From the human T2T-CHM13v2.0 reference genome, Homo sapiens: a stretch of DNA of 64,000 bases. Below are positions 50,756 through 64,000 of this stretch, piece after piece (position 1 is the stretch's first letter; each line of letters opens with the position of its first letter). The translations under genes were made by a program, and so were the position numbers. The stretch lies in the NCBI RefSeq assembly GCF_009914755.1, contig NC_060927.1; one strand, 5' to 3'. Under the pieces are notes generated by a model. That model was not told the DNA's origin. It saw nothing but the letters and a program-made list of their open reading frames with translations, and ran no database searches.

Positions 50756-52140
50756 TTACCCAGTTGGGTAACTTAGCTTATAAAACTTAAAGCAACAGAT
50801 TAATTAGAATGCCCTTTCCCTAGCAATGTCAGAAAAGTTTCTATGCTATAGAATTCAACAGAAAGGGAAGAACTAGTGATTTAGGAAAGAGAGCAGAATT
50901 GATGGATCAATGTCCTTGAGTAAGCAAGAAGGCATGGAATCTAATACTTTCGTGGAGGGAATTGCATAAATGAGGAAAACAGGCAATTTATCTATTCTAA
51001 CAAGGAAAAAGGAAGATTATATGGTCACAGCTACAAGGAAGTGTATAGACAGGTGGTGGGAGACTATGGCAGTTCTCTTCTGACTGCTGAAATTGTCTTG
51101 GGCTACATTATCTAGTGAGGAGCATGGAGAAAATACGTAGTGAAAACAGAAAAGAACCCGGATGAGACCCCTGATGGATTCTAACTCTTAAAGAACAGTT
51201 AAAAACACAGCACCGAGTAGAAGTAGGGCTTAGAGGCATAACAGAAAACTAGCATACTGTGGTATCACAGAATATCAGCGTGATTGCTCAACTGTCATTC
51301 ACTGAGGTACATCTGAGGAGTGAAATGGCCCAAAGCCAATTCACAACAGCCCGTGTAGAAGATGGCACACCAATCTTAACTTCGGAAGGGGTGCAAACAT
51401 TACCAAAGCGCTGTCTTTCTACAACAGTCTATGCTGTAGCATAAAATCAACTATCTTGAGTGTGAATATGTATATGCCTTTCTTACAGAGTAAATTTAGC
51501 TTGTTTCTTCCAAAGAAATAATCTCCCAAATGGTAATGATATATTATTAAATTACCTTTTCCCCAAACGTTTTAAAAATAATAATCAAGAGATGGTATGT
51601 AATGAAGCATCGACGTGGGTAACTCTCAAACTTTATTGTCCTTGTAAAAAGTCTAACCTTTCCAAAACTCATCTGGGCTTTACCATTAAATCTGCGTCAT
51701 AATTCTAGAGTTTGTCTTTCTTCTCTTTTTGAATAAAAGGTTTCAAAGTACAGCCTATTCGCTGGATCATGAGAATATGTTACTAAGAAGAATCACTTCA
51801 TCCATGGGAAGCTGCAGTCAGCATTTTAAAGCAACACTGCCACCAGAAGACAAGAAAGAAAAGTAACTACTAACGACTACGGGGCAAGTTAAATACAAAA
51901 TATTTACCTGGCCTCCCAACGCGGCTACATTACACCCTGCCTACCACCAACTCTTCAGAAAGGCTCATTCTTTCTCGCACCTCATCTTTGTAACTTTTTC
52001 CCCCCCAGCATTAGCCTATCTACTAAGACACATCAACCTAAAATCGTATCCTAATGTCCTATCTGTTGGTCTGGGTAGTGTTTACACAGGTGAACACAAA
52101 TGTCGAAGTCTTTCACTGATTTTTTTTTCAAAATAAGTGA

Positions 52141-52580
<440 letters not shown>

Positions 52581-52685
52581 TAAGCAGTGGTTCGGACGGG
52601 AGCTTTCCCGGCCCGGCGCTCGCGTCCGGGATTAAAGGGCTGCCGCGGAGGGCGTGACCAGCCCAGCCTCGCCGCCGTCGCTTAC

Positions 52686-52880
52686 CCGGTAGTTGCTCGA
52701 ACCCACCCAGCCGGTGAGCGCGTCGACTGTCTTGCCTAGGCGGCCCAGGTCCTCCTCCAGGTCCGAGATGGCGCCGGGGGCGCCAAGGTAGAGCAGGAGC
52801 TCCTGGCCGACCTGCAGCCGGCCGCCGACGTCCTTCTGCTGCACCTGGGCGCAGAAGTACTCCATGCTGCGGGGCTCCAT
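52686..52880 (-). CDS. CLASP2: CLASP2 coding exon 1 (aa 1-65, MEPRSMEYFCAQ...GSSNYR)
   Basis: Translation matches the CLASP2 N-terminus as I recall it. ATG in strong Kozak context GCCGCAGCCATGG; donor CGG|GTAAG; 195 nt, phase 0. Confidence 0.97.
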
Positions 52881-53114
52881 GGCTGCGGCCGCCCGCCCGC
52901 CTGCCAGTCTGTGAGCGGCCAACTTTCGCCGAGAGCCGCCCAGCCTCCAGTGCGGGTCCCCGCGGGAGCGGGCGGGACTCACTTAGCCCGCCAGGGGCGC
53001 GGCTTGCGGGGCGCAGCGGGCGGCGGGAGGAACGCCAAGCGCCCAGCCGCCCCCAAACTAGTCAAACTCGGCGCCCCCCGATCCCCAGCCCGCTTCAGAG
53101 GCCGCGGCCGCGGG

Positions 53115-53144
53115 CGACGTCAGCACGCGCGTGACGTCAGCACG
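53115..53144. promoter_or_regulatory. Tandem CRE-like sites (full TGACGTCA at 53132-53139; CGACGTCA at 53115-53122)
   Basis: Direct repeat GACGTCAGCACG at 53116-53127 and 53133-53144, ~240-265 bp upstream of the CLASP2 ATG. Confidence 0.7.
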
Positions 53145-53499
53145 ACGCCGGCGAGGGCCCTCCAGTCCGGCTAGCGTTTTGCTGCGGAGGTGGTGGAGGT
53201 GGCTGCGGAAACCGCTGGGAGCGATAGGACCTCTAGGGAGACTTGGGGTCCGAGTTGGGCCGAGCCCCCTGGGAGGCGGGCCGTTCTTTGCTAGCCGCTG
53301 TCAGGGCACCCTGCCCTCGCCCTGTGAAATGTGGAACGTTTCCAAGTTTGCCTCCACTTGTATTCAACACTTAGGAAAGTACTTGGCATCCCCCTTTCCC
53401 GCCCCCACTGCCGGTTTAAAAATAAAAAAAAAAAAGAATACACTCCTGACTTCTGCTTCCAGCCACCACCACAGTCACTGTGTAATACTTAAAAAAACA

Positions 53500-54170
53500 A
53501 AACAAAACAAAACTTAGGTTTGCCTAAAGTAAAACGCACAGATTTTCAGCGTACACTTCATGAGTTTCGGCAAATGTATTCACCCGTGGAACCGCCACCC
53601 CAGTGAGGGTACAGCACGTTTCCAACACCCCAGGAAGTCCCAGGACACTTCCCAATTATCTGCTCTTCCCTAGGCAATTCTAATTTGATTTCTAGCATGG
53701 TAACATAGTTTTCCCTGTTCCTGAACTTCATACAGTCTGTGCTTCTTTGGAGTCTGGTTTCTTTTAGCATAACGTTTGGGGTCCATCCAGCGCTGTTGGT
53801 GTCTCAGAAGTCCATTCCTTTTTATTGCTTTCCATTCTGTGGAATCACTACCATTTGTCGATCCATTCACTTGTTGGTAGATATTTGGGTTGTTTCCTAT
53901 TTTTTATAATTATGAATAAAGCTGCTACAACGGTTAGTGCACAAGTTTTTGTGTGGATATATTTTCTTCTCTCATGGGTAAATAAATACCAAGGACTGGC
54001 ATTACTAGGTCTTGTAAGTTGTATGTTTAACTTTAGAAGAACCTGCCAAATTGTTTACCAAAGTGACTGGATCATATTAAATCCCCACCAGCAATGCTTG
54101 AGAGTTCCAGTTGCTCCACAATATTTGATATGGTCAGGGTTATTAGTTTTAGCCATTCTGGTGGGGGTAA
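53500..54170 (-). mobile_element. Ancient L1M(E) 3' fragment upstream of the promoter
   Basis: Reverse L1 3' motifs (tatgaataaagctgctac, cccaccagcaatgcttgagagttccagttgctccaca). Confidence 0.7.
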
Positions 54171-54554
54171 AGTTGTCTAATACATTCCAAAAGCACACTG
54201 TGTTTATCTTCTTGACAATTATTCCCAATCACAACAAAATGATTATTTATGTAATATCTTTCTCTTCTAATACACAGAAAGCTCCAGGAACCTTTGTGTT
54301 TTCCTAGGGTGGTGCCTAGCAAATAATGGGTGGCCAATTTAAGTTAAATGAGTGAATGAATTCAACAAAAATTGATATTTGAAATATTCACAATAACTAA
54401 GAATAAACAAACTCAAAATTCAAAGAAATTGACTGTTTTCTGTGTTCTTTTTTCAGTATTTCTGTGTTTCACATTGTATTGAGTTTGTAAAGTTTCTTCC
54501 ATCTTTAATTGGTTGTAATTTCCCTCAGACTATGCCTCAATCAAGTAAACTATG

Positions 54555-55389
<835 letters not shown>

Positions 55390-55744
55390 TTATGGTAACT
55401 ATTCCTTGGGTTTGAGTGTCCAAAGGTTCTGTTCTTAAAGGGTTGCAGAAAGATATAAAAAGAGGATCCTATCCAGAAGAACTTTACACTGTAATTGCTG
55501 GTGACCAGGTGCAGTATGTGGTATAGAAAAAAAAAAATGCAGGAGCCCTGGATTCTAGGTTCAGCTCTACCTGTTCCTGTGACCAAAGGTGACTGCTGCT
55601 CTTCACCCTTGGTTGTCTCTATTCCCTTTCTGAACTTAATGTAAATTGAAAATCACACTAGGTCATTTTTAAGTTATAAGTTAACTAAATCATCTTTAGG
55701 AGTAACTCTGGAAGAACCTGTAAAATTATTATTAATTATCATTT

Positions 55745-55880
55745 ATTGTGTTTTATTTTTAGTAGAGATGAAGTTTCATTGTGTTGCCCAGATTATTCTC
55801 GAACTCCTGGCCTCAAGCAATCCTCACACTTTGGCCTCCCAAAGTGGTGGGATTACAAGCATAAGCCACTGCACCTGGCC
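55745..55880 (-). mobile_element. Alu monomer (FLAM-like)
   Basis: Reverse left-arm Alu. Confidence 0.85.
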
Positions 55881-55934
55881 TATAAAGTTAATAGTAAACA
55901 TTGGTCACTATTACTTATATATTCTTTCTGTGTT

Positions 55935-56230
55935 TCATTAATTCATTAACAAATATCCTCTGAGCACCTATATTGTGCTAGATACTGTGCCAAAGTTCCA
56001 AAGACCCAAAATTCATTTAGACCTGGTCTCTGCCCACAAGCTCTAGTAGGGACAAGAAAATCAACATTTCTGAGATGCTGTGATAGGGTAAACAGAGGGT
56101 TTTTGAAACCTAGATGAGAGGCTCCTTATCTAGATAGTACTTAGTATGGGAGTAGAAAAGTTATAAATTAAAGAAGGCTTCTTGGAAGAGGTTATATTTA
56201 AATTGAACTTTGAGGATAACTAGGAATTAA
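55935..56230 (-). mobile_element. L2 3' fragment
   Basis: attcattaacaaatatcctctgagcacctatattgtgctagatactgtgc. Confidence 0.65.
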
Positions 56231-57929
56231 CTAATTAAAGAATTGGTTTCCTGGGGAGTTGCATGTTTGTCTACAAGATGTAGTCTCAACTATTTTGATT
56301 AACCATTTGTTATTATCAGTATATACCCACTACAAAATCTACATCTTTATTTATATCACTGTTATCTGTCCTAGGTTCAACATTGTTAGAGCTGAAAGTT
56401 CACAAAATTGCTAGCACCTCAGTCATTTTTTCACAGCATCCCTAGACCAAAAGAAACACCTAAGAAGTCCACTAAATAGGTGAGATCCAAACAACTTAGT
56501 ATTTATATCCTAGCAACTTACTAGGCATATGAAAAAAATATGCAAATCAAAAATTGTATTTTAAATTTCATTCTTGAACAACCACACTTACAAATGAGAT
56601 ATCGGTGCCTACTGGTTACTGCCCAATTTCTCTAACCTTGGAATGAGACTGAATATCATCATTCTCATCCTGTTGCACATCGATACTCAGGCAGTTGAGC
56701 ACATCAATACTCAGCTTGGCTAATTTTTCTATTTTTTGTAGAGACAGGGTCTCATTTTGTTGCCCAGGCTGGTCTTGAACTCCTGGGCTCAAAGATTTGA
56801 TTGATTTTTTTTAAATCAACACAACCACAAAAAACACAGCCTTGCAAAGATATGACATCAACAAAAAAAATGTGCTACAATACAAAGACACGACATCAAT
56901 GAAAAAAAATGTACCACAATCTCATATTGAAACCATGCACTACTTGGAGCCATTACATGTCTCACAAATGCCCATGATCACCATTGCCCTTCAAAATTTA
57001 AAATATCCTGGAGTGCTCTTGGTGTGTGTGCTTCGGCACCCCAGGGTGCTGGCCACACAATTTGGGAACTTTGACGCAGACAGATGCCTGATGATGCCCA
57101 AGTTTTCAGAGAGACAAAGAGAACAGGAAACAAATGGTAATCATGCAGGAAGAAGGTATGGATTCAATAAGGACTGGGCTTCACAAAGACTCATGCCTAA
57201 TCATGTGTTAGGGCTTTTAATCCTCTAAGCAACCCTGTATGGAAGATATTATATCCCCAACTTAGCAAGCAGAAAGCTGAGGCTCAGAGATTAAGTTCCC
57301 AGACTCACTCATGATTTCAGATCCATGATTCAAACCCAGGATGTCTGGCTTCTGTGGTCTTTCAAATAGATAGACTTAAAGAAAAGAAAATTGGAAGAAG
57401 AAAGTTTTGAATTAACTACCACAATAATAACACTCCTTGCAAAACATATTGTATTTCTTTGAATATTTATTTATATTTTCATTTAGGACCCGCCTTTCTC
57501 TGAATTTCTGCTAAAAAGAAAAAAGAAAGGAGGTGGAGAAAATGGGGAGGAATTTTAAAAAAGAAAATGGTGTAGGAAATATCTGCATTCTTTTATGATC
57601 AGTCACTAAAATTTATCTGGGAACAGAAGTCTATTTTTAACTGGCAACAAGACTGAAATAGATCATTTAAATACAGCAGACTGACTTCCTGACTTATTTG
57701 TTCATTATTTGTGATAATAGTGGAAACTTTGAGTAGACTTTGTTCTGCCACTGGATTTTATTTTCCATACGAAGGCTAGGAGACAAATAAATCATCACAC
57801 AGCTGGTTTGAAATCATGCTTCAGCAAATATCCTTCAAGAAGGGCATTGTGTTAGGTACTGGGGTGGGGGTGGGGGAATAGATGGGAGTGTCTTGCCAAA
57901 GATTTATCACAATCTTTCTTTAAAGGTTA

Positions 57930-58430
57930 AAAGGGATATACATATATATGAATGTTCATAGTAGCTTTATTCATTATAACCCAAACTGGAAACAACCCAT
58001 ATATCCATCAACTGGAAAATAGATAAATGTGGTTTCCATTGTATGCCATACAATGGAATTCTACAAAGCAGTAAAAACCAAACTACTGATATATTCAACA
58101 ATGAGGCTAAGTCTTTTAAAAAATCACATTCAGCACATGAAGCCAGACACAGAAGAGTACATATTGTGTAATTCCATTTACATGAACTACTAATGTAGGA
58201 AAAACTTACTGACGGTGATGGAAGTTAAATAGTGGGTATCACAAAAGAAGGGAGTCAGTGGACATTGACTAGAAAAGGGCCTGAGACAGCTTTCTGCACT
58301 GATGGAAATGTTCTGTATCTTGATCTGGGTGGTGATGATAAGAGCATATGCATTGGTAAAAATTCAGCAAGTTCTGTGCTTAAGATAAGTACATGATGCA
58401 TTTACTATATGCATGTTGTACCCAAAAAAG
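57930..58430 (+). mobile_element. Ancient L1ME-like 3' end
   Basis: aatgttcatagtagctttattcat...gatggaaatgttctgtatcttgat. Confidence 0.7.
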
Positions 58431-58712
58431 GACTGGGGGGTGGAGATTCAGAACAAGATATTTAAAAAGAAAAAAGGAGATAAAGCAGTTACAGTCTATT
58501 TCAGTGATAGACAATAGAAATATAATATATATGTGAGCATATAGTATACATAATTCAAATTTTTCTAGTATACACATTTTAGAAAGTTAAAAAAAGGTAA
58601 AGTTGTATTTACTAATATATAAATTATATTTAATAGTATTTTATATAGCAATATTTAAAAAATATTTAATAAAGTTCTGTTATCATGTTTTAGTATGCCT
58701 TTATTAAATATC

Positions 58713-59002
58713 TTTTTTTTTAGATAAGGTATCATTTTGTCACCCAGGCTGGAGTGTAGTGGCAAGATCACAGCTCACTGCAACCTCAAATTCCTAGGCT
58801 CAAGCAACCATCTCACTTTAGCCCCCTGGATAGCTAGGACTACAGATGTACCACCACATCTAGCTAATTTTTTTCTATTTTTTGTAGACAAGGGGTCTCA
58901 CAGTGTTGCCCAGGCTGGTCTTGAACTCCTGGGCTTAAGCAATCCTCCTGCCTCGGGCTCCCAAAGTGCTGTGATTACAGGCGTGAATCACTGTACCCGG
59001 CC
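58713..59002 (-). mobile_element. Alu (J-type)
   Basis: Reverse dimeric Alu. Confidence 0.9.
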
Positions 59003-59240
59003 TAAATTTCATATTAATAATATATTATTTATACTTAATAATATTTTATTTATATTCAAATAATATCATTTAAGCCTGTGATTAAAACAAAAAAATTATA
59101 TAAAATATTTTACATATTAGTGCAAGTTTCTTGGGAAAACCCAGGTTCTGATACTAATGGCTTTGTAAATGTAATAAAGTCATCTATTACCTTCTCGGAG
59201 CTTCATTGTTTCAGTCTAAATAATGCAGATTCATAATGAT

Positions 59241-59625
59241 TGTTGGGAGAGATACTCTTCCATGAGTCTTGCACATGTTTTGCTAGGTATGCCAAGAATA
59301 CAAGGCCCTGACTACTCATTACCTGGGCTATTTCTCTGGGTTATGTTTGCAGCGAGCAATCTTGAGGGATGAAATAATGTCTCCCTCCCAGACAGAGAAC
59401 AGATTTGCTTACTGCTTTCTGTAAAATTGCAGAATCCCCAATTCAGTGTTTCTCTCCATGAGGTTTGGGAGGCAAAGTGTATGAGTTTATGCTACTTGCT
59501 GTGCTGTGAGTAAAAAAGTCCTTTGTCCCTGACCCAGGAGTCTCAGGTCTTCTGCCAGCATCAATGAAATAGTCATAGGCTAAGTTATTAGTTTGTAAAC
59601 AGGGTTTAAAAACTCCTGTCACCCA
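59241..59625 (+). mobile_element. ERVL-class solo LTR (LTR40-like)
   Basis: tgttgggaga...ccatg start and gagtaaaaaagtcctttgtccctgacccaggagtctc R/U5 region; subfamily from memory. Confidence 0.6.
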
Positions 59626-59814
59626 CCACCAAAGGCTATTTTTTTCTTTTCTTTTATGGTAATAATCAAATTGAATCTATTACAAAGTGAAATGACTCCA
59701 TAAATGTAGTAAATATATTTTTATACCAATATTAGTTGGCACCAATATTAAGAAAGTTAAGCTAGGAAGGCCAAATAAAGCTTCATACATTGCTACAGAA
59801 ATTAATAAAGATGC

Positions 59815-59912
59815 AATACACTTGTCCAAGCAATATTTGCAATAAAATTATTTCTGTGAGTAAATACACTTGTCCCAACAATGTTTGCAATAAAATCATT
59901 TTCTGGGAGTTA
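59815..59912. repeat. Diverged ~48-bp tandem duplication
   Basis: aatacacttgtcc...tttgcaataaaat...ttctg(t/g)gagt x2. Confidence 0.85.
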
Positions 59913-60928
59913 AATATTTGCTTATTGATTTCCAATGAAAGAAAGTCAAAGGTAGGTTCCCAATGAGTGCAATGCTTCGTTGAAGAAAGTGACTAGGAGT
60001 TAAAATTGAGAGTTGCAGAGTTTCTACCCCCTTGCCTATTGAAAAGACTTCTCATCTCTGTACCACCAATGGCTTCAATTCTCCTAACATCCCACTATTC
60101 CCTCAAGGTGCAGAAAGACTTATTCATGCAACCCTTCAATTTGGAAATACCTTTGGGCCTCCTACCATTTTCAAGAATTTGAGCTAAGCTCTTATAAAGT
60201 ATAATTCAAATCCAGAAGGAATTTAAATTCTTCCGTGGGAGAAAAATTCAACTCCAAAAATGTGTAAATTATAAATGCTAAATATAGGAATAGTCATAAA
60301 CTGGTATGGTCCAAGCTGGGAGAGAGTACTCTTACATGGAAGATTCAAGAGAAGCTTCTTGATATGGGAGCAAATGGGGTGAGTGGGACAATGGGGGTGA
60401 TTTCAGCAGGGAGAGGCAGAAAAGAAACCCCAAGAATGAGAAGTCTGGAGGCCGAAGGAGGAAATGCCAGGCAGAGTTCAGTAATCATGGCCACGCTAGT
60501 TCAGCTGCTTTCTGGGACCTATATGAGAGAGTTCTTGTTGGAATTTTTAAGTCCTAAAAAGGTTTTGTCACATGCATGTAATAAGGAAAATAAAACAATA
60601 TACCACTTTTTCACGACAGTCAATGTCTTGTTTTCCATAAAAGCCAGGAGAAATAGAACATTTTTATGTGCAATTAATGACAGGAAAATTTGGTGCTTTG
60701 ATGTTGCCGGGGTGTCCAGTGATGTTTTCCTGTCAAATGTATCAAAAACATGTCAGACGGTGGTAAGATAGACCGTGAAAACATTACTGCTACCCATTGT
60801 ATTAACATGACCTTTCTTGCCTAGTCTGCAAGGATCCACCCAGCCAGTATTTTCAAAACTAAATTTTCCACCTTATGAAAGACCTGAAAAATGTTTTGTG
60901 ACAAAAAGTTATTCATTAACTCCCATAA

Positions 60929-61330
<402 letters not shown>

Positions 61331-61405
61331 CCATTTAGCAGAGTTTTCTGATAGGAAAAATGTACTGAAAAGTTTGTGTTGCAAATTTGGTTTCTATATG
61401 ATTTT

Positions 61406-61888
61406 CTATATTAGTTTATCTATTGCCGCGTAACAGATTATCTTCATGTTAATGGTTTAAAGCAACAACACATATTTATTATCTCACAGATTTTGATGGG
61501 CCAGAAGTTTGAGAGCAGTTTACCCAGATGGTTTTGGCTCAGGTTCTTTCATGAAGTTAGAATCAAGATGTCAGCCATGGAAAGGTGGCTCATTCCCACG
61601 GTTGCTGGCAGGAGGCCTCACTTCCTTACCTCAAGGGTCTCTCCATAGGGCTACCATGATTGTCTTCCTGACATGGCAGCCAACTTGCTCCAAAGTGAGT
61701 AATCCAAGAAATACCAAGGAGAAAGTCACAATATCTTTTATTACCCAATCTCAGAAGTCACACACCATCTTTTCCACCATAGTCTACTGTTGATGTAAGT
61801 CAGTCTTATTCAGTGTGGAAGAGAACTATGCTAGGACATAAAAAACTGGAGGCAAAGATGAGGACCATTTCGGAAGCTGACTATCACA
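61406..61888 (-). mobile_element. MLT1-type MaLR LTR
   Basis: tattagtttatctattgccgcgtaaca...tttattatctcacag...gaagctgactatcaca. Confidence 0.75.
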
Positions 61889-61963
61889 CCATCTTTAATT
61901 GTAATACTTTTTTACATTGTATTTTCATATAGGAGCATGAGTCAATGGTTAAAAGGAGTAAGT

Positions 61964-62485
61964 ATTTTTTTTTTCAAGAACACATGCCCTGTATCAAATA
62001 CCATTGTAGAAAAGTATGTGAGTATAAACTGCTGCATAAATGGGCAGAATCAAGTGGGCAGGGCCAACAGCCCCAGGCAAGGTGCAAGGCCAGCAATGGA
62101 CGGTGGAGTATATGGGCACAACTACTGGCCTTGGAGATCCTTTATCATCTGAGAAATTGCTTGGGAGATTATCCCTGAGCTAGTGGTGAAAATCATGATG
62201 AGTGCAGTGGCTACAAGGATGCCGAAGATCAGGACATAGATGTTCAGGCACTTTGCAGTGGAAGCATGGTAGGGCCCCAGTCAGGTTGCCAACCATCTTC
62301 CTGTCCCTAGATTTCACAGAGTAGGCCAGTGCTATGAAGCTCAGGCAGCATCAGTTCAACGAAGAGCGAATTGAACAGGGACCAGACAACAAGGTCAGAC
62401 ATGGTGGTATCACTGTGGTTGTGGATCACGGTGGATGTGGAGGAGAGCTATGGGGCACTCTCAGCAGGGCCACTTTGTTCTCCCC
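61964..62485 (-). pseudogene. IFITM1-like processed pseudogene (5'-truncated retrocopy)
   Basis: Minus strand reads [71 protein letters not shown]... (CD225 domain); no intron at SVK|SRD; IFITM-type 3'UTR; poly(A) at 61965-61974; exact 13-bp TSD aaaaggagtaagt at 61951-61963 and 62486-62498; frameshifts and a TGA at 62351-62353. Confidence 0.92.
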
Positions 62486-62692
62486 AAAAGGAGTAAGTTT
62501 TAATTTTAAGTTTGAAACAGTGAAAATAGAAAATATTCAGAAAAACCTGAAATTACTGAGATTACTGACAGCCTGAACTGTGGTCGTTGGTATTCCAGTC
62601 ACCATTCTAATAAGCTGAAGTCCATCCAGAATGTACAGGATATGCTTAGAAGTTTACTTATAATACAAATTTCCATTATTATGGATATGTGA

Positions 62693-63091
<399 letters not shown>

Positions 63092-64000
63092 TGACATTTA
63101 ACAACCAATTTTACAAACTTTTAAAGAAAACTATGATCACTTTTTTCAGTTACAGAGAAGGCTGAGTGGAGTATTATAATTAAATGTACTAAAAAATTAA
63201 ACATGCTAATCATTAAAAATTGCATAAATCTTCAAAAGAGGTTGTTGAATTGCCTTAGGAAACTGAAGTTTATAAAAAAGAAGAAAAATTAGTGACACCC
63301 TAAAAGGTAGATATGTCCATATCTGTTTAGGTCAAAAGAGGCCGCCAGTCATTTAAAAAATATGTTCTTATAAAAGCGGCATAGTTAATGCACACATTCG
63401 AATATTTATTTTTTTTAAAAAGTCATATGTAACCCAGTTCTTTTTCTTATATTTGGATGAATGCATGATTGTTATTGATTAGGCAATTGTTTATTTTATT
63501 TGTAATGGTGATGTCTGTGAAGATGCATGTTAGTAAAATAACTGGTGAAAACATTTTCAACCAGATAGTAAAGTATTTTAACACAGATAATTTTCTGGAA
63601 AAGAATCTATGGAAGTATGCAGAGATAAAGCCAAATACCTGACGGAACTTCATGAAGAGGTTACCCATTTCAAGGTTTCTGCCCAAGAATACTTTGTTGC
63701 AGAAAATTTATTTTTATATTTTCTCAGAGGAGTAGTAAAGAAGTAAATGTTGCTTTAAAAAAGTAAATGGCTTATTTGATTTTTGAGTCAAATTTATAAC
63801 GAACATGTTGATTTTGAAAGCTTTCTTTACTGTATAGATGTATACTGCCTTAGCCAAGAGTAGCTGCTGGTCAGAATTTTCTATCTCAAGGTTGAATTTT
63901 TATTTTTCTTTGTGGAAAAAAAAAAAGGTATGTCTCCTATTGGGTCTTTGAAGAACCCCGACTAATACAGAACTATTAAAACTTTTTGAGGCAGGTGCAG

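Larger units (their letters stand above)
52590..53320. promoter_or_regulatory. CLASP2: CpG island / CLASP2 promoter and 5'UTR
   Basis: Very GC- and CpG-rich block around exon 1 within AT-rich, CpG-depleted DNA; GC boxes; no obvious TATA box. Confidence 0.93.

Noticed and set aside
52911-53517. Plus-strand ORFs of 87 and 128 aa over the promoter
   Set aside because: They use non-ATG starts in GC-rich, stop-poor CpG-island DNA, are low-complexity and show no recognisable domain.
61937-62576. Plus-strand ORFs (61937..62152, 61945..62178, 62334..62576) as novel genes
   Set aside because: They are antisense readings of the IFITM retrocopy.

Overview
Primate (very probably human) genomic DNA holding the 5' end of CLASP2 on the minus strand: a CpG-island promoter (~52.6-53.3 kb) and coding exons 1-6 (codons 1-215, most of the N-terminal TOG1 domain), all with GT-AG boundaries and consistent phases. 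Intron 6 runs off the left edge. The rest is mostly transposon-derived: a full-length but disrupted L1PA3-like element (6310-12586) nested in an older L1M, about 30 Alu elements or fragments, old L1M/L1PB, L2 and MIR pieces, MaLR/ERVL LTRs and MER1B/MER44/Tigger3 DNA transposons. Upstream of the gene is a TSD-flanked IFITM1-like processed pseudogene. Most notable: (i) a back-spliced exon 2-6 circle (449 nt) would be covered entirely by one 149-codon ORF whose stop overlaps its own start (TAATG); (ii) the young L1 has an apparent 3' transduction, an in-frame 120-bp ORF2 duplication, the ZNF93-target 5'UTR segment and an antisense promoter pointing along CLASP2; (iii) the exon 5/6 junction rebuilds a strong 5' splice site; (iv) the IFITM retrocopy may record an ancestral IFITM sequence. 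Repeat subfamily names are by eye and repeat boundaries are approximate. No prokaryote-type systems were seen.
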